DNA from: the human T2T-CHM13v2.0 reference genome, Homo sapiens
Direction: 5' to 3' (one strand)
Length of the DNA stretch: 64,000 nt
Assembly: GCF_009914755.1 (NCBI RefSeq)
Contig: NC_060929.1
Part shown: piece by piece, positions 26,409-38,849 of the stretch
How the letters are laid out: every line of letters begins with the position of its first letter
How positions within the stretch are numbered: the first letter of the stretch is position 1
Position numbers and translations under genes: made by a program
The notes under the pieces: generated by a model
Databases searched by the model: none
What the model was told of the DNA's origin: nothing
Seen by the model: the letters and a program-made list of their open reading frames with translations, nothing else

Positions 26409-28965
26409 GACCTTCAGTTTCACATTGTGAAAAAAAAAAAAATAACAGTTTTACAAAACCTCAAAATGTAGTCATAGCAAACAAGTACATATGAACATGA
26501 ACATTTTCCTTCAACTTATACAGAGTTTTGTACGTGAACCACATGGTCAATAGCCAAGAGAGGGACATTATGCAGCTCTAATCACTCTTATTCAAGACAG
26601 GTGTCAAGCCCAAAGAAAAGGGGCTACACAATTATACCAGAAGTGGAGGGCTGCCCTTTGTTATGTGTTTCTACAGCAACCAGCCCACAAAATAAGAAGA
26701 ACCTTCTCTGTCTTATGCCAAGGTTTTTGTGTGTACTGTGCTGTGAATTGTATTTGCTTCAAAGTGTGGGACGTTTCACAGGGTGAGAATGGTCAAGTAG
26801 TGAGACCAAATGCCTATATCGATTCAAAGAGTGGGAGTCCAGAAAGTTCCCTACAGGCTGGGGGCCCAACCCTTACCACAGCTCCCTCTGGCTCACACAC
26901 AGTAATTAATAGAGGATTCAAGAACAGACCCCAACTTTGAAACAGCTGCAGAAAATTCATCCTGCTTTCAGAAGCCATGCAGTGACACATACATCTCTCT
27001 TGGCAGATTTGCATCATAAACTACAGAGCTGTAACTGCTACAATATAAACGACACTGACTATGCCCACTGGGGGACAATTAGACATTTGCATTGCTTAGA
27101 ACACATCTAGGAACCAGGGACTGACTGCTGGAAAGTACTGTGATTCTTTTCTTCCAACAGCTCATTTATTTAGGCCCAACTACAGCCCACTCATTCATGG
27201 CATGGACGGACAAACACAATTAGTCTAAAGTACTAAGGTGGAGAGAAATGTTAAGGATTTATCTGTCATTAGACAATGCAAACACAGTCACAATGTAAAA
27301 GGTTGTTATCAGTCTTAACCCCTATTTTCTAAAATACAGCAATGTGAGAAACATGGACGAAAGCAGTTCGAGTTGCAAACTTTGGTCTTCCCCTGCACCT
27401 CAGGGGAAGCACCTATTTGAGACTAGCACTAATACCTACGACGGCACATGCTTAGTAAACAAGCACTCCAACTAGCAAAGAATGTATTCACAACTGATTT
27501 CCAACTCTACCGGAAAACTTCTCAATAGGGGCCACTGCCTACAATTCTTTGGTGTTTTGTGGCCAAATGTGTTACTTGTGCACCAAAGAGTTTTTTAAAA
27601 AGAGATTTGCCTACGGGTGAGCACTGAAGTATACATTGTGCCAATGTAATTATTGTCTTGGAGACCTTCTAGAACTTGCTAAATCATATAGCAAGAAGAG
27701 AATGAGTTCAGGCCCAGTAAATCTGGTGAGTTAATTTACATCTGTGATACTGCCGTTTTTCCCATTAAATGTGGTTATGGCAAAGCATTCTTAGGGTAAT
27801 AAATAAATAAATAAACTTTGGACAATGCCTTTACTTGTGCCCTATATACAGAACTATTCCATAGAATTTTCCAGGATTTCAAGATACTACACAAAGAAAA
27901 AAACTGTAAAGCAATTTGGTCCTTTCCAAATTTCAGCAGCTGAGACTGAATTAAGTAAATCAGATGGGAGTGGGGAGAAGGGCAGAAAGCAGCCTCCCCT
28001 TACCCTATCAGCACAACCAAACCCCATGAAATCCCATTAAAAGTTGGTGAGTCTGAGAAAAGCGATCTCCACGGTTTCTCTACCTCTAGGATGTCATTTA
28101 AATTTCCATTTTGTCATCCTTCCCTGTCTTGACATTTTAAAAATCCACCCCTCCCCAACCCACCCTCCAGTTATGCTCCAAATTGTAACTCAAAAATTTT
28201 CATGTTTGTGCAGCAAAGCACATCTCAACAGCCACAAAATGTGCAAAACGTACAACCATTCACACACGTCCATACATGTGAAGACAGCTGTAGGCATTGT
28301 TTCAGCATGCAGGCATCGAACAATAAATAGCTAAATCTATAACAAACTTCTTAACAGCCAAGGGAAAGTTTAAAGTCACTTATAAATAGAAAAGAACATC
28401 TACCAAATGGCTACCAACAAAGTCCCCATTGTTCAGAAACGTTCCTGGGGAGCAGACCCCTTAGAGATTAACGGAGAGTCCAGTGGTCTTCATTCTTCAG
28501 CCAGCCCAGCCAGCTTCCCTCTCGGACCCACAGTTGGGCTTTGAATCTCCAGCAGCAGCTGGTGTGGAGGCTTCAAGCTCTGTCCTCAGAGAGAGGTGAC
28601 AACCATTTCAAATTCTACACATAAATGGTGGGGCCCATGGAAATCAAATGCTGAATATGGTACAGCAAGGGAAAAGGTCCAGCTTTTCTCTCCCTTTGAG
28701 GGGCTGATTAACATTGACATTAATCCACAATTACAAGACAAGGACTAGATCACAGGTTTGTTCATTCATATTTAAACCATGTGCTACTTGCACCAAAAAT
28801 CCCACCCCCCTCCCTCGCCCCTTTCCTTCATGTCCAGTTAGAGCATTTACAAGGTGCAGCAGATTTTATTCGAGTCTTGCAACTTCTTTTCCTTTTTTTC
28901 TCTTCATTAGACTTGGCCTCTCCGAAGTAGAAATCTCATATTATCTCATCGAGTGATGGAGTGAG
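26385..28965 (-). other. ENC1: ENC1 exon 3 (3'UTR, ~2.6 kb); 3' end approximate
   Basis: Strong acceptor TTTTTTGTTTTGTTTTTTTTCCTTTTCCTTCTATTTCAG|CTCACT (AG at 28967-28966); no recognisable interspersed repeats; ends near AATAAA 26408-26403 followed by a GU-rich tract. Confidence 0.8.
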
Positions 28966-31544
28966 CTGAAATAGAAGGAAAAGGAAAAAAAACAAAACAA
29001 AAAAGCATGAAGGATTTGTGTGATGCCATAGTTTTTAAATTTTTCTTATTAGCCACAAAATTTTTTTTTAAATTAAACTTGGTATGGAGCTGGACAATAT
29101 TGCTTCCAAAGGTCTTACATGTTCAGTAGGAACTGTGCAAAGATATTTAAAGTACTTGCCTTAAATGCACACACGTGTGCACGTACACATCCATGCAGAT
29201 GGCTGGCCTGACAAAAACAGTGGTGTCTAAAGAAGGACCTTCACTTCTTTCCTAAGCATACACACTTTCAAATCCAAACCTATATGTCTAGATGCTATTA
29301 GGAGTTGCCATCTTCTGCTTCCAACATTCATAAAATTTCTTTCTGTGGTTAAACAGAGCGACTGTAAAGTGATCACTAAGGGGTGAAAAGAAGGGAGATT
29401 CCTGTGCAAACCCTCCTTGGCCCATGTACCATGAAAGATTCCAAATTAACTTTACCATCTAGGAGGCAGACATACTAATCCTCTTATTTAAATGCATCTC
29501 TGTTATCCATTATGGCAGAAATCAGTCTCGCTTCCTTTCACATGACAATGTATCAGGCCTCAACAGCCCAAGTTTGGAGTTTATTCTCAAAGTTCGTCAG
29601 TCCACACGTAGGTGCCAGCAGCTACGGCATGCCAGTGCTACAGAATCTACGTACATCAAGTGTGAATATCAATTCAAAGTGCCGTAACCACAAAGCCTGC
29701 ACATTTCATAGAGCTTGCATTTCCTCACACTGCTTACTCTTCCCATTTATTTATTTCTCATTTCATCTGGGGAAATTGTGCAGAGGGCTTTTGTATCCCT
29801 ATTGCTGTAAGTCTAAGTACAGACAAAGGGAATTCTGGAGGAGCCACTCATGACCTTGCACTGAATTCTTTGCTTTTGTGTGTTCAGAAGCCTGATTCAT
29901 TTCATGAGTTGTTTCTTTTGGCTGTTTCCTAACAGTGATTCAAGCTTTCAAGGCATGCCTTAGACTACGGTGTCATTGCCCCACCTCCACCTCCTTGTAA
30001 CCTATATGTCAACATTAGGCCAAAAGAATGTATCTTATAATAATATAAAATTTCAAGACAATGCATATTCAAACAGGAAAAAAGGAATACACACACCCTC
30101 CCCCCAAAAAATTGCATATTCAAACAGGAACGATAATAAAAAAAAAAAGGACACACAACAACAACAACAACAACAAAATCTAGAGAAGAAACAAAGCAAA
30201 TCAAAGCCTAAGTTAGGTTGAGGCCACACGGCACCATGAAAACAGAGGATAATCAAAGTAATTTCCTTTCTGCCCTTCCCACCCACTGGCAGAGCAGCAG
30301 GAGGCAGATAAAACCTCCTAGGTGGATGAGCTTTAAGACCTAGGGAAACTTTCTGTTAAACACTCTATTAATTCCGTTAGCACCTACATTTGGAGGGCAG
30401 AGGAATTTGCAGTTTGGGACTGAGACCTACCTACCCAGCACTTTAAGGCACTCCAACCCCCTCTTAAATGTTTTAGCACTATCTTGTGTAGTAAACTTTA
30501 GAAATTTTAACCAACATTCTCCCTGTCGGAAATTCAAAGAGTGGCTTTGATCAGGCGCTTACGCTGCCCTTTAAAAGCAGCAAACTTGGCCCTGTCAAAT
30601 TTAGTTTTCATGTGCTTGACTCTCTCACTGGTAGCGCCAAGGGTGAAGAGGATGTTATTTCACATATAACTTAACACTTTACTTGCTCTGTTTCCCAGCG
30701 ACCGGAAGGGTATGATTCAGTTCAAACACCCAGGGTAGGGTGAAGTCAAGTGTTTGCCAACATGTTCACTCTGGGCTGAAAAAGGAGGAACCAAAAGTGA
30801 AGTCTAAAGATAACAAGCAGATAATAGTCAAAGAAACCTCATTTTCCTACCACACAGAAAGCTAATTCCACTGCCATTATCTCACAGTAAGTTACTACAC
30901 GTCAAGCACTGGGCTAGGTATTTTCGCCTCTTTTAACTCCCCTATCAATTGACCCAAGTCTGAGTTGGGACAGATCACAGGAGATTAAAGATCAAACCAC
31001 TCATTTGACAGAGAAGCAACCTAAAACTCAGGAAGGTCTAGAACTTAAAACTAGGGCCAGAATACACATGTGGCTTCTCTCCTCTTTCTGCCTCAATTTC
31101 CTTACCTTGTTCCAAGGATTCCAGCCAGCCTGCCCATTGTCATTTTTTATGTACCACCACCCTGGTAGCAATTTTTATGGCTCTTCTGTGCAAATATAGT
31201 CAGTTCTGGACTAACACCCAACTAAGTGTGCTGTTAATTGATGCTTTCGCCTAGGAGGTTCTTTAAACCTGCTTTAGAGGTGAGTCATGCATTCATATCT
31301 CAAATGAAATAACCACTTTCAGAGCATTTGTTTATTCAAGATTACTGAGATGCCAGCAAGGCTACAAAAAACCAGTTTGGTGTGAGACACTATTAGCCCA
31401 GTTGCTCCCCAGAGGAGGTGTCTGATTGTTCCTGCTGCTTTGAAGGAGTTTCATTCCAGGAAAGCATGACATAACTCAGAACTCTGATAACTGTACGAAG
31501 GCTGGAAGAGATAACTGAAGAAGTAAAAAAAATAGCAAGCTGGA

Positions 31545-31952
<408 letters not shown>

Positions 31953-32729
31953 CTAGGCCTAGATCTCCTTTTCTCCCTTTGAAGTCCCCTTCAAAGGTGT
32001 GAAACATACTAGGGAAAACAGAGCCAAAAGTTCCCAAGTAAATGAGTTTGTTTTCATTGTAGTTCCTCCAAAGCAGTTACTTTCTTCTCTTATTATTAGT
32101 AATAAGCCCATGAATCACCAAAACAAGTCAACACATCCTGTGTGCGCTGGGCTATACTTACACATGCCTAAGCGATTCCTGGGGCCAATCCTAAGAATGC
32201 TTAGCAGCAAAGCAGCCGTGAGCTTTGCGAACTCTGAACTGTGTAGGCCTATTAATTATTTGAGCCAAGAGTATTCTATACTCTTAAATACACAGACAAC
32301 TATTATGTACTCAGATATATGACTCAGAAACACAACTTTTGTTAGCCTTGACAATAGGGTCGGCCTGACTGATTAACTCTGAAAGGCCATAGTTTGGGAA
32401 GTTTAGGTGGCTCTGTGTTATCTGCACAAATTTCTGCTATGTACATGCAACCTTTTACAAAGACAGATATAGATTTATCTTTAAAGGTAATAAACGCCTT
32501 AAAGGGGGCTACTTTTTAAGTAAAACATTTAAAATAAGCTAATAATTTTGGAGAGAATAAACTAGGAATGAATTTGAGCAATACATTTTTAAACCCTAAT
32601 CATTCTACAAAGGGTTTGAGGAAGCAAAATTTGAATATAAATGAAGTATCACCTGGGATGACATTGGTGTCATGGATGTGAAGCTCAAGTTTATTCGGTG
32701 GCAGTGCAACACGATGCTCCAGTGCTGAT

Positions 32730-32960
32730 GCCCTAGAGCCAGACCCCCTGCATTGACTTCCTAACCAGCTCCACCTCTTACTAAGCTCTGCTAACTCGGG
32801 CAGCTTAGCCTCCGTAATGCATGAAGGTTTTTTCATCTATAAAATGAAGCTAGTAATAATTCCCCACGGGGTTGTTGTGAGGATAGAATGAGATGATCCG
32901 TGGGAAACACGTGGCACCGCTGCAAGCACACAGTGAGGGCTCAATAAACATTAGCTGGCA
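32730..32960 (+). mobile_element. MIR
   Basis: ttttcatctataaaatg..taataat..gggttgttgtgaggatagaatgagatgat..ctcaataaacattagct. Confidence 0.7.
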
Positions 32961-33104
32961 TACTTAACAGAGGTCAGGGGTTCTCAACTTGGTTGTTCAT
33001 TGGAATCATCCGGAAACTTTTTAAAAATACTGATGCTTGGACCCCACCCCAGACCAAATGAAACTAAGTCTCTGGGATGGGCAGTTTTTAAAAAAGCTCT
33101 TCAG

Positions 33105-33513
<409 letters not shown>

Positions 33514-33656
33514 CTAGGGGCACCAGCTCTCTTATTTTTACAGCTTTGGTAGTACTTCTGCAGTACAGTCTCTGTGGATCAGATCTCACTCCATGTACTG
33601 AACTTACACAATAGCCTAATTATATGCATACTTACATCTATAGCTAAACTTCTTAC

Positions 33657-35471
33657 CTCATGCTCACTCTCTTTAGAATGTACTGCATTTAAGAAGGCAG
33701 ATGTTTCCAGGTGCTGACAAATGCAGTAGGAATCAGCGAGTACGGGACAGTGGTGATGCTGTTCCACACGTCTAATGTTGGATCGTAGCAGTCCAAAGTC
33801 TTGCATCGCTGAATGCCAAAGTATCCTCCAACCACGTAGAGTTTGTTTCCAGAGGCCACAGCATGGCAGCTCATGCGCTTTGCTGTCACATCTCCCACTT
33901 TGGTCCACTGGTAAGTCTCACTGTTGAATTTATAAGCAGAGCAGGCAGAGAATTCTGTATCACCCCCCATAATAAAAATCTGGTTCCCCAGCACAGCTGC
34001 TGCTGTGTAACGCCAGGGCTGGGGACAGGTGGCCGGTACAGTCCACCTGTTTTCACACTGATCGTAACACTGAACTTTGGGGAGCTTGTCATGACTGACA
34101 CTGGTACCTCCGAAAGCAAATAACTTAAGTTTGGCACTCACTACTGCGGCGTTGCTAACGCCTTCTCGGAGTGGGGCCACCATGGTCCATTTGTTGATTG
34201 TGGGGTCATAATGTTCTACCTGCTTTAGAGAGACTGAGGGGGAGGCCGGGAGGCAGCCAGTTGCGGCCGTGTGCCCCCCAACCACATACAGGCAGTGCTT
34301 CAGTTCAGCAGAGCCATGGCCAAACCTGGCCACCAGCATGGGGGCAGCCTTGGACCACTCCTCGTGCAGGGTATCATAAACCCAGACATCTTTCGAGACC
34401 CCATTTTCAGACCCCCGCCCCCCAGTAATGTACACTTTGCAGCCAATCGCACATGCACTAAACTCTTTTCTTGGGCTGGGAATGTCAGCCTTGGGAATGA
34501 TTTCTTTGGCCTTCTGGTCTACCAGATACAACTTGTCACACATGAAAGTCTGTCCTCCCAGAAGGAAGAGGGCATGGCCAGTTTTCCGAGGTCGGGCACA
34601 GAGGCTGGTTACCACACCGTCATTCTGCAGGATTTTCAGTTTGCACCTGATGGCCTCTTCCACAATTTCCTTACTCTTTCTCTGCTTGGTGATGAGTTCC
34701 TCCATGGCCACATTCTCCATGAGATAGATGGCTGGCAGAAGTGCCAGCCTTACTGTCTGCAACAGTTCTGGGAGGTAGCAATAGCGCTTCTTCAGGTCAT
34801 AGCTGATCCAGTTAATTGCAGACTCGTACACAAGCCTTTCATCCTCTGTCTCCAGCTCTTCACTGGACAAGAGTTGCACTACCATGTCCTGGGGCAGCTG
34901 GAGGAAATCTTCATTCTTCCTGATGGTTTGGAAGTTGCTGAGACACATTCTCCAAGATAGTTCGTACAGCTTGGTGCACTGGTGTGCATCAGACAGCAGC
35001 AGCATGCCCAGGCAGTTGGTGGGATGCAGGTTCTTTTCCAGGAACTCTGCACATGCATCCCGGATGTCTTGAAACTCCAGCATGTCACCAGCTTCCAGGA
35101 GCGATTCTGCATTTTCTTCATTGATGATGACCCGGGAGGAGTACGCATAGTCAAGCAGCAGCTCCAAGACTTCTGGGTGGATGGAATTGTCAAAGTTGAC
35201 CTCACTGTCCTGGCTCTCTTTCAGGCCACCACTGAACATGGCCTCAAAGTAGCGACTGCATGCAGCCAGCACTGCCCGGTGGCAAGGGAAGGTCCTATTT
35301 CCGGCATGGAGAAGGACGTCAGTGAAGAGACGCTGCTGGCGTAAAAGATTCAGGTGAGTGAGGACGCTGTCAGCGTAGGAGGACTTGTGAAACAGATAGA
35401 TGTTAATGGAGCCGCTGCTGGCCCTGGACTTGCGGTTCTCATGCACACTGACTGACATTTTGCTTCCACTC
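33657..35471 (-). other. ENC1: ENC1 exon 2 (1815 nt: 13 nt 5'UTR + CDS + 32 nt 3'UTR)
   Basis: Acceptor TTATTATTATTATTTTTAG|GAGTGG (AG at 35473-35472); donor GAG|GTAAGA (GT at 33656-33655). Confidence 0.88.
33689..35458 (-). CDS. ENC1: Ectodermal-neural cortex 1 (KLHL37/NRP-B), 589-aa BTB-BACK-Kelch protein; whole CDS in one exon
   Basis: ATG at 35458-35456 (AAAATGT) to TAA at 33691-33689 = 590 codons. BTB motif (FTDVLLHAG..FPCHRAVLAACSRYFEAMFSGGLKES), BACK region (NCLGMLLLSDAHQC..FLQLP..EDE), six Kelch repeats (VYITGG, LYVVGG, LFAFGG, IFIMGG, LYVVGG). N-terminus MSVSVHENRKSRASSGS and C-terminus STWKHLPS recognised as ENC1. Confidence 0.97.
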   Translation of the reverse strand: MSVSVHENRKSRASSGSINIYLFHKSSYADSVLTHLNLLRQQRLFTDVLLHAGNRTFPCHRAVLAACSRYFEAMFSGGLKESQDSEVNFDNSIHPEVLELLLDYAYSSRVIINEENAESLLEAGDMLEFQDIRDACAEFLEKNLHPTNCLGMLLLSDAHQCTKLYELSWRMCLSNFQTIRKNEDFLQLPQDMVVQLLSSEELETEDERLVYESAINWISYDLKKRYCYLPELLQTVRLALLPAIYLMENVAMEELITKQRKSKEIVEEAIRCKLKILQNDGVVTSLCARPRKTGHALFLLGGQTFMCDKLYLVDQKAKEIIPKADIPSPRKEFSACAIGCKVYITGGRGSENGVSKDVWVYDTLHEEWSKAAPMLVARFGHGSAELKHCLYVVGGHTAATGCLPASPSVSLKQVEHYDPTINKWTMVAPLREGVSNAAVVSAKLKLFAFGGTSVSHDKLPKVQCYDQCENRWTVPATCPQPWRYTAAAVLGNQIFIMGGDTEFSACSAYKFNSETYQWTKVGDVTAKRMSCHAVASGNKLYVVGGYFGIQRCKTLDCYDPTLDVWNSITTVPYSLIPTAFVSTWKHLPS

Positions 35472-36101
35472 CTAAAAATAATAATAATAATAAATTGAAA
35501 ATGATGCTCCTGATGTTCAGAACAGCAGAACGAAAGCAACAATGGTTTTGCACAAAAAACAGAACACTTTGTTGTTGACCATGCCACCTACTATTCTAGA
35601 ATAGTGTATGGCCATTCCAGGACAAAGCCAGAGACAACTACCCGGAAGGAAGGATATTCACTGCTAATACTGTTGAGCTATGTGAACTCTGCACTGTTTA
35701 AAAAAAAAAAAAAATCACTGCATAAAAAGCAGGTTCATCTTGGAAAACCTGATTGCCAACTTTCAGGCCATCGAAGTCTTTTAGAATATAAGTCAGCAAA
35801 AGCCAAGAGGAGTGAGTCTCATTCCCACAGCTCCCTGTCCTAGTCCAGCTCATTCACTGCGGGCCACTTAAAATGCCAGGTCTCCTGCTCTTATAATGCC
35901 AGGATGGGCACTGGCTTTCATGCCCCATGCAACATAAAGCCATGCGTAAAACAAACACCTAATAATTAATTCCATTAAGAATTCCTTTGGTAAGATCCAA
36001 TCTCCCAGCACATACAGTAAATGGGAAATGTAAGGCCAACTTCTGCAATGATCAGACCTTTATTTAAATGTTACAGATAATGTATTTCATTTTATATATA
36101 C

Positions 36102-36327
36102 TTTTGAGACCAAGTCTCGCTCTGTCACCCTGGCTTGAGTGCAGTGGTGCAATCACAGTTCACTGCAGCCTCGAACTCCTGGACTTAAGTGATCCTCCTG
36201 CCTTGGCCTTCCGAGTAGCTGGCACTAAAGGTGTGCACCACCAAACCCAGATAATTTTTTGTATTTTTTGTAGAGACCGGGTCTCAAACTCCTGGCCTCA
36301 CCTGATCCTCCCACCTCGGCATCCCAA
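36102..36327 (-). mobile_element. Truncated AluJ-like element in ENC1 intron 1
   Basis: gagaccaagtctcgctctgtcaccc..cactgcagcctcgaactcctgg..gatcctcccacctcggc in antisense. Confidence 0.85.
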
Positions 36328-36724
36328 CTTAAAGATTAATTTCTAACCAGACAGCTCTACCACTGAAGAGTCCTAAAAGCACCCCAATTTCAACATTAAC
36401 CATATATTGATCAGCAAGCCTTTAGTCAAAGCACAGAATAAATTCTGGCCATAATCACCAACTACCTGTCTTGCTCGGGACAGCTTCCAATGTGAGGATT
36501 TGGCACATAAAAAGAAGAATATTTTGAGTAGCATACTTATGACTGCTGTTTTCTGTTCTTCCCGCTTTATATCAATTCTTGGAAAACCAGCTGCAAGAAC
36601 AAAAGATCCATCCGTCTTTTGATTAAATAGTGCATCACTAGGACTGTTCCTGTATACCTGCAAATGCTGACACCTGCATAGAAGGAGTTCAAAATGCAAA
36701 CACTGCTTTATTTAAATCAAAAAA

Positions 36725-36727
<3 letters not shown>

Positions 36728-36759
<32 letters not shown>
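36728..36759. repeat. (GT)16 microsatellite in ENC1 intron 1
   Basis: Pure dinucleotide run. Confidence 0.95.
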
Positions 36760-36761
<2 letters not shown>

Positions 36762-38849
36762 TTTGCCACCTGTTGTTAATTTAGGGCCACCCCAGAATTT
36801 ATTTGCTGACTACAGTGCTTTCCTTGGTATCTACATTGAAATTATAGTAGAATCTAATGCTATCTTTTGGTTTTCTTCAGTAAGAAAACAGTAGGGTAGA
36901 GACATAGGAAATGCTTGTCACCCATCTTCAAAAACTGAATCACATGCCTTCATCCTTTTCTTTTACACCATCCCTCTGTTACTTCAAAGGAATGAAGTCC
37001 TCAAGAACCTGCCTGTCCAAGGATTCCTAAGGAAGCTGTTTATCCCGCTGTTTATCCCCAGAGGGTAAACTGTGTGGCTGGTTGCAGTATCTGTTCCAGA
37101 CACATAACAGCCAGTCCCGAAAGCGCAGCTGAAACTCTGTTTCCTTTAACCATTCAGACATTTTTAAATGCATATTCTAAGAATTATTAATAAATGCAAA
37201 TGAATGATTTGCCACAGATTCATGGGCTAAAATACTAACCTGCACCTCCCCAACCAGATGTGAGCCCCACTGTAAGACTGCACAGAAAACCACAAAGGCA
37301 GGGGCATGACACATATACCTCATACCATTAGGTGATGCAACTAGTTTTCTTTCCTTTTTGGAATGTAATTTTTTATGATGAGTAAACATGGCTTAGTGGA
37401 AGAAAGGAAGCAACAAAGTCCTAGAGCTCCAGTGTTAGGAAGACTTTACAAAGCACCCAGTAATTTCCACAGTGACTTGAGATATAAAAAATGGTGAGGA
37501 GCCAGCTTCACTCCCACCTCAAGCTAAGCATCTACTGTCTACTCCATTCTAACCAATGCCCAGTGTTTTGGAGAATGACCATATGAACCTATGGGAATGC
37601 ATCAGGTTTCCAAAGGGTTAAAACATTCATTAGCATTCTCAATGCTCCACCACTGTAGTTGCTATTTTAATTAGTACATTCAATCTGGAGTATCTGGAGG
37701 AAGACTTTAAACCTAAACCTCAATAGACTGTCTACTTACTCTTGTGAATCTGCCGCCTCTCTCAGAGCAAATGCTGCCCTGAGTGAAGGAAGAATGAGGC
37801 TCCCTGAAACTAGGTGCACAGGCACCAAAATGCTTACACATTGAGCTGGAATCATGCTAGGCCCAGAACACATTTCCTTGAACATTAAATTCAGGATGGT
37901 GCAAAACAACATTCACAACCAGACTTACACCTAAGAAAACAATTTGCTTAGAAGACCTTAGGATATAGGATCTACATCTCTCCGCATCCTGTGTTTATGC
38001 TCCTGTATGTTCCAGGTTGGCCCAACAAGCCAGAAGGAAGAGCCTAGCCTGTCATCTTGGATACCATCCAGATGGAAAAGCACGTCACAGTCAAAATCAC
38101 AATCAACATTCTTGCAACAATGTTTGATTAAAATAAAAAGTAAACTTGGAAACCCAAGAGGAAATACTTGCTTTCTGGTTTAAAACTGTGCAAACCTCAA
38201 AATATCAGCAGAAACCATGTATACAAGTCACTGAACACACCTTCAACATAAAATGAATCATCTTTCGAGCATTTTTAAGCCCCCAGAGAAATCACATTTG
38301 CATACCAAGTAAGTGGCCAAGAAAATGCACACATGTACTTAACCTACGTCTGCAAAGAAGACAGAGAAAGGGCTGCTATTACTGTGAACATCAAAAGGGC
38401 TTCAGTTACAGTAACTTCAGTTCACTTCATGCTCCTAACTCAGGCTCTCTGCCTCCAATGCTTAGCGTCCCGCACCCTTCTCCAGGTTTTGAACATGATC
38501 TCAATCCAATCAAAAGAGAAACTAAGCAGATTTTTTTCTGGGCATTCACATTACCGGTAACAATAGAACATTATAAAGATCTTGTTAACAAAAGTAGCTT
38601 CTTGCCAGAGTCTTTTTATTAACACTTGCAACGCTATTTAACAAGCTGGCCATGCCTGTGTGACACCAAACCGCATGTGGATAAATTCAGTGTTTCATCC
38701 CAGGCCCACCAATTCCTATCCTTTGTAACTAATAATGTTAACACGACAGATCAAGAAACTAGTTTTTCAGAAAGCAGTTTTCATTCATTCTCTATAGACA
38801 TTTCCGCCGCAGTGAACATGCCCGCACTCAGGGTGTCTGTGCATGGCCC

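Noticed and set aside
27797-27815. Four plus-strand AATAAA hexamers as a poly(A) site
   Set aside because: A (TAAA)n run on the non-coding strand; better read as an AU-rich element of the minus-strand mRNA.
33863-35344. Plus-strand ORFs opposite the ENC1 CDS (229 aa, 120 aa and others)
   Set aside because: Antisense shadows of a codon-biased CDS with no recognisable domain.
35459-35587. 43-aa N-terminal extension of ENC1 in the ORF track (632 aa)
   Set aside because: It starts at GTG in intron 1 and runs through the (TTA)n acceptor tract (FQFIIIIIF). The true start is the ATG at 35458.
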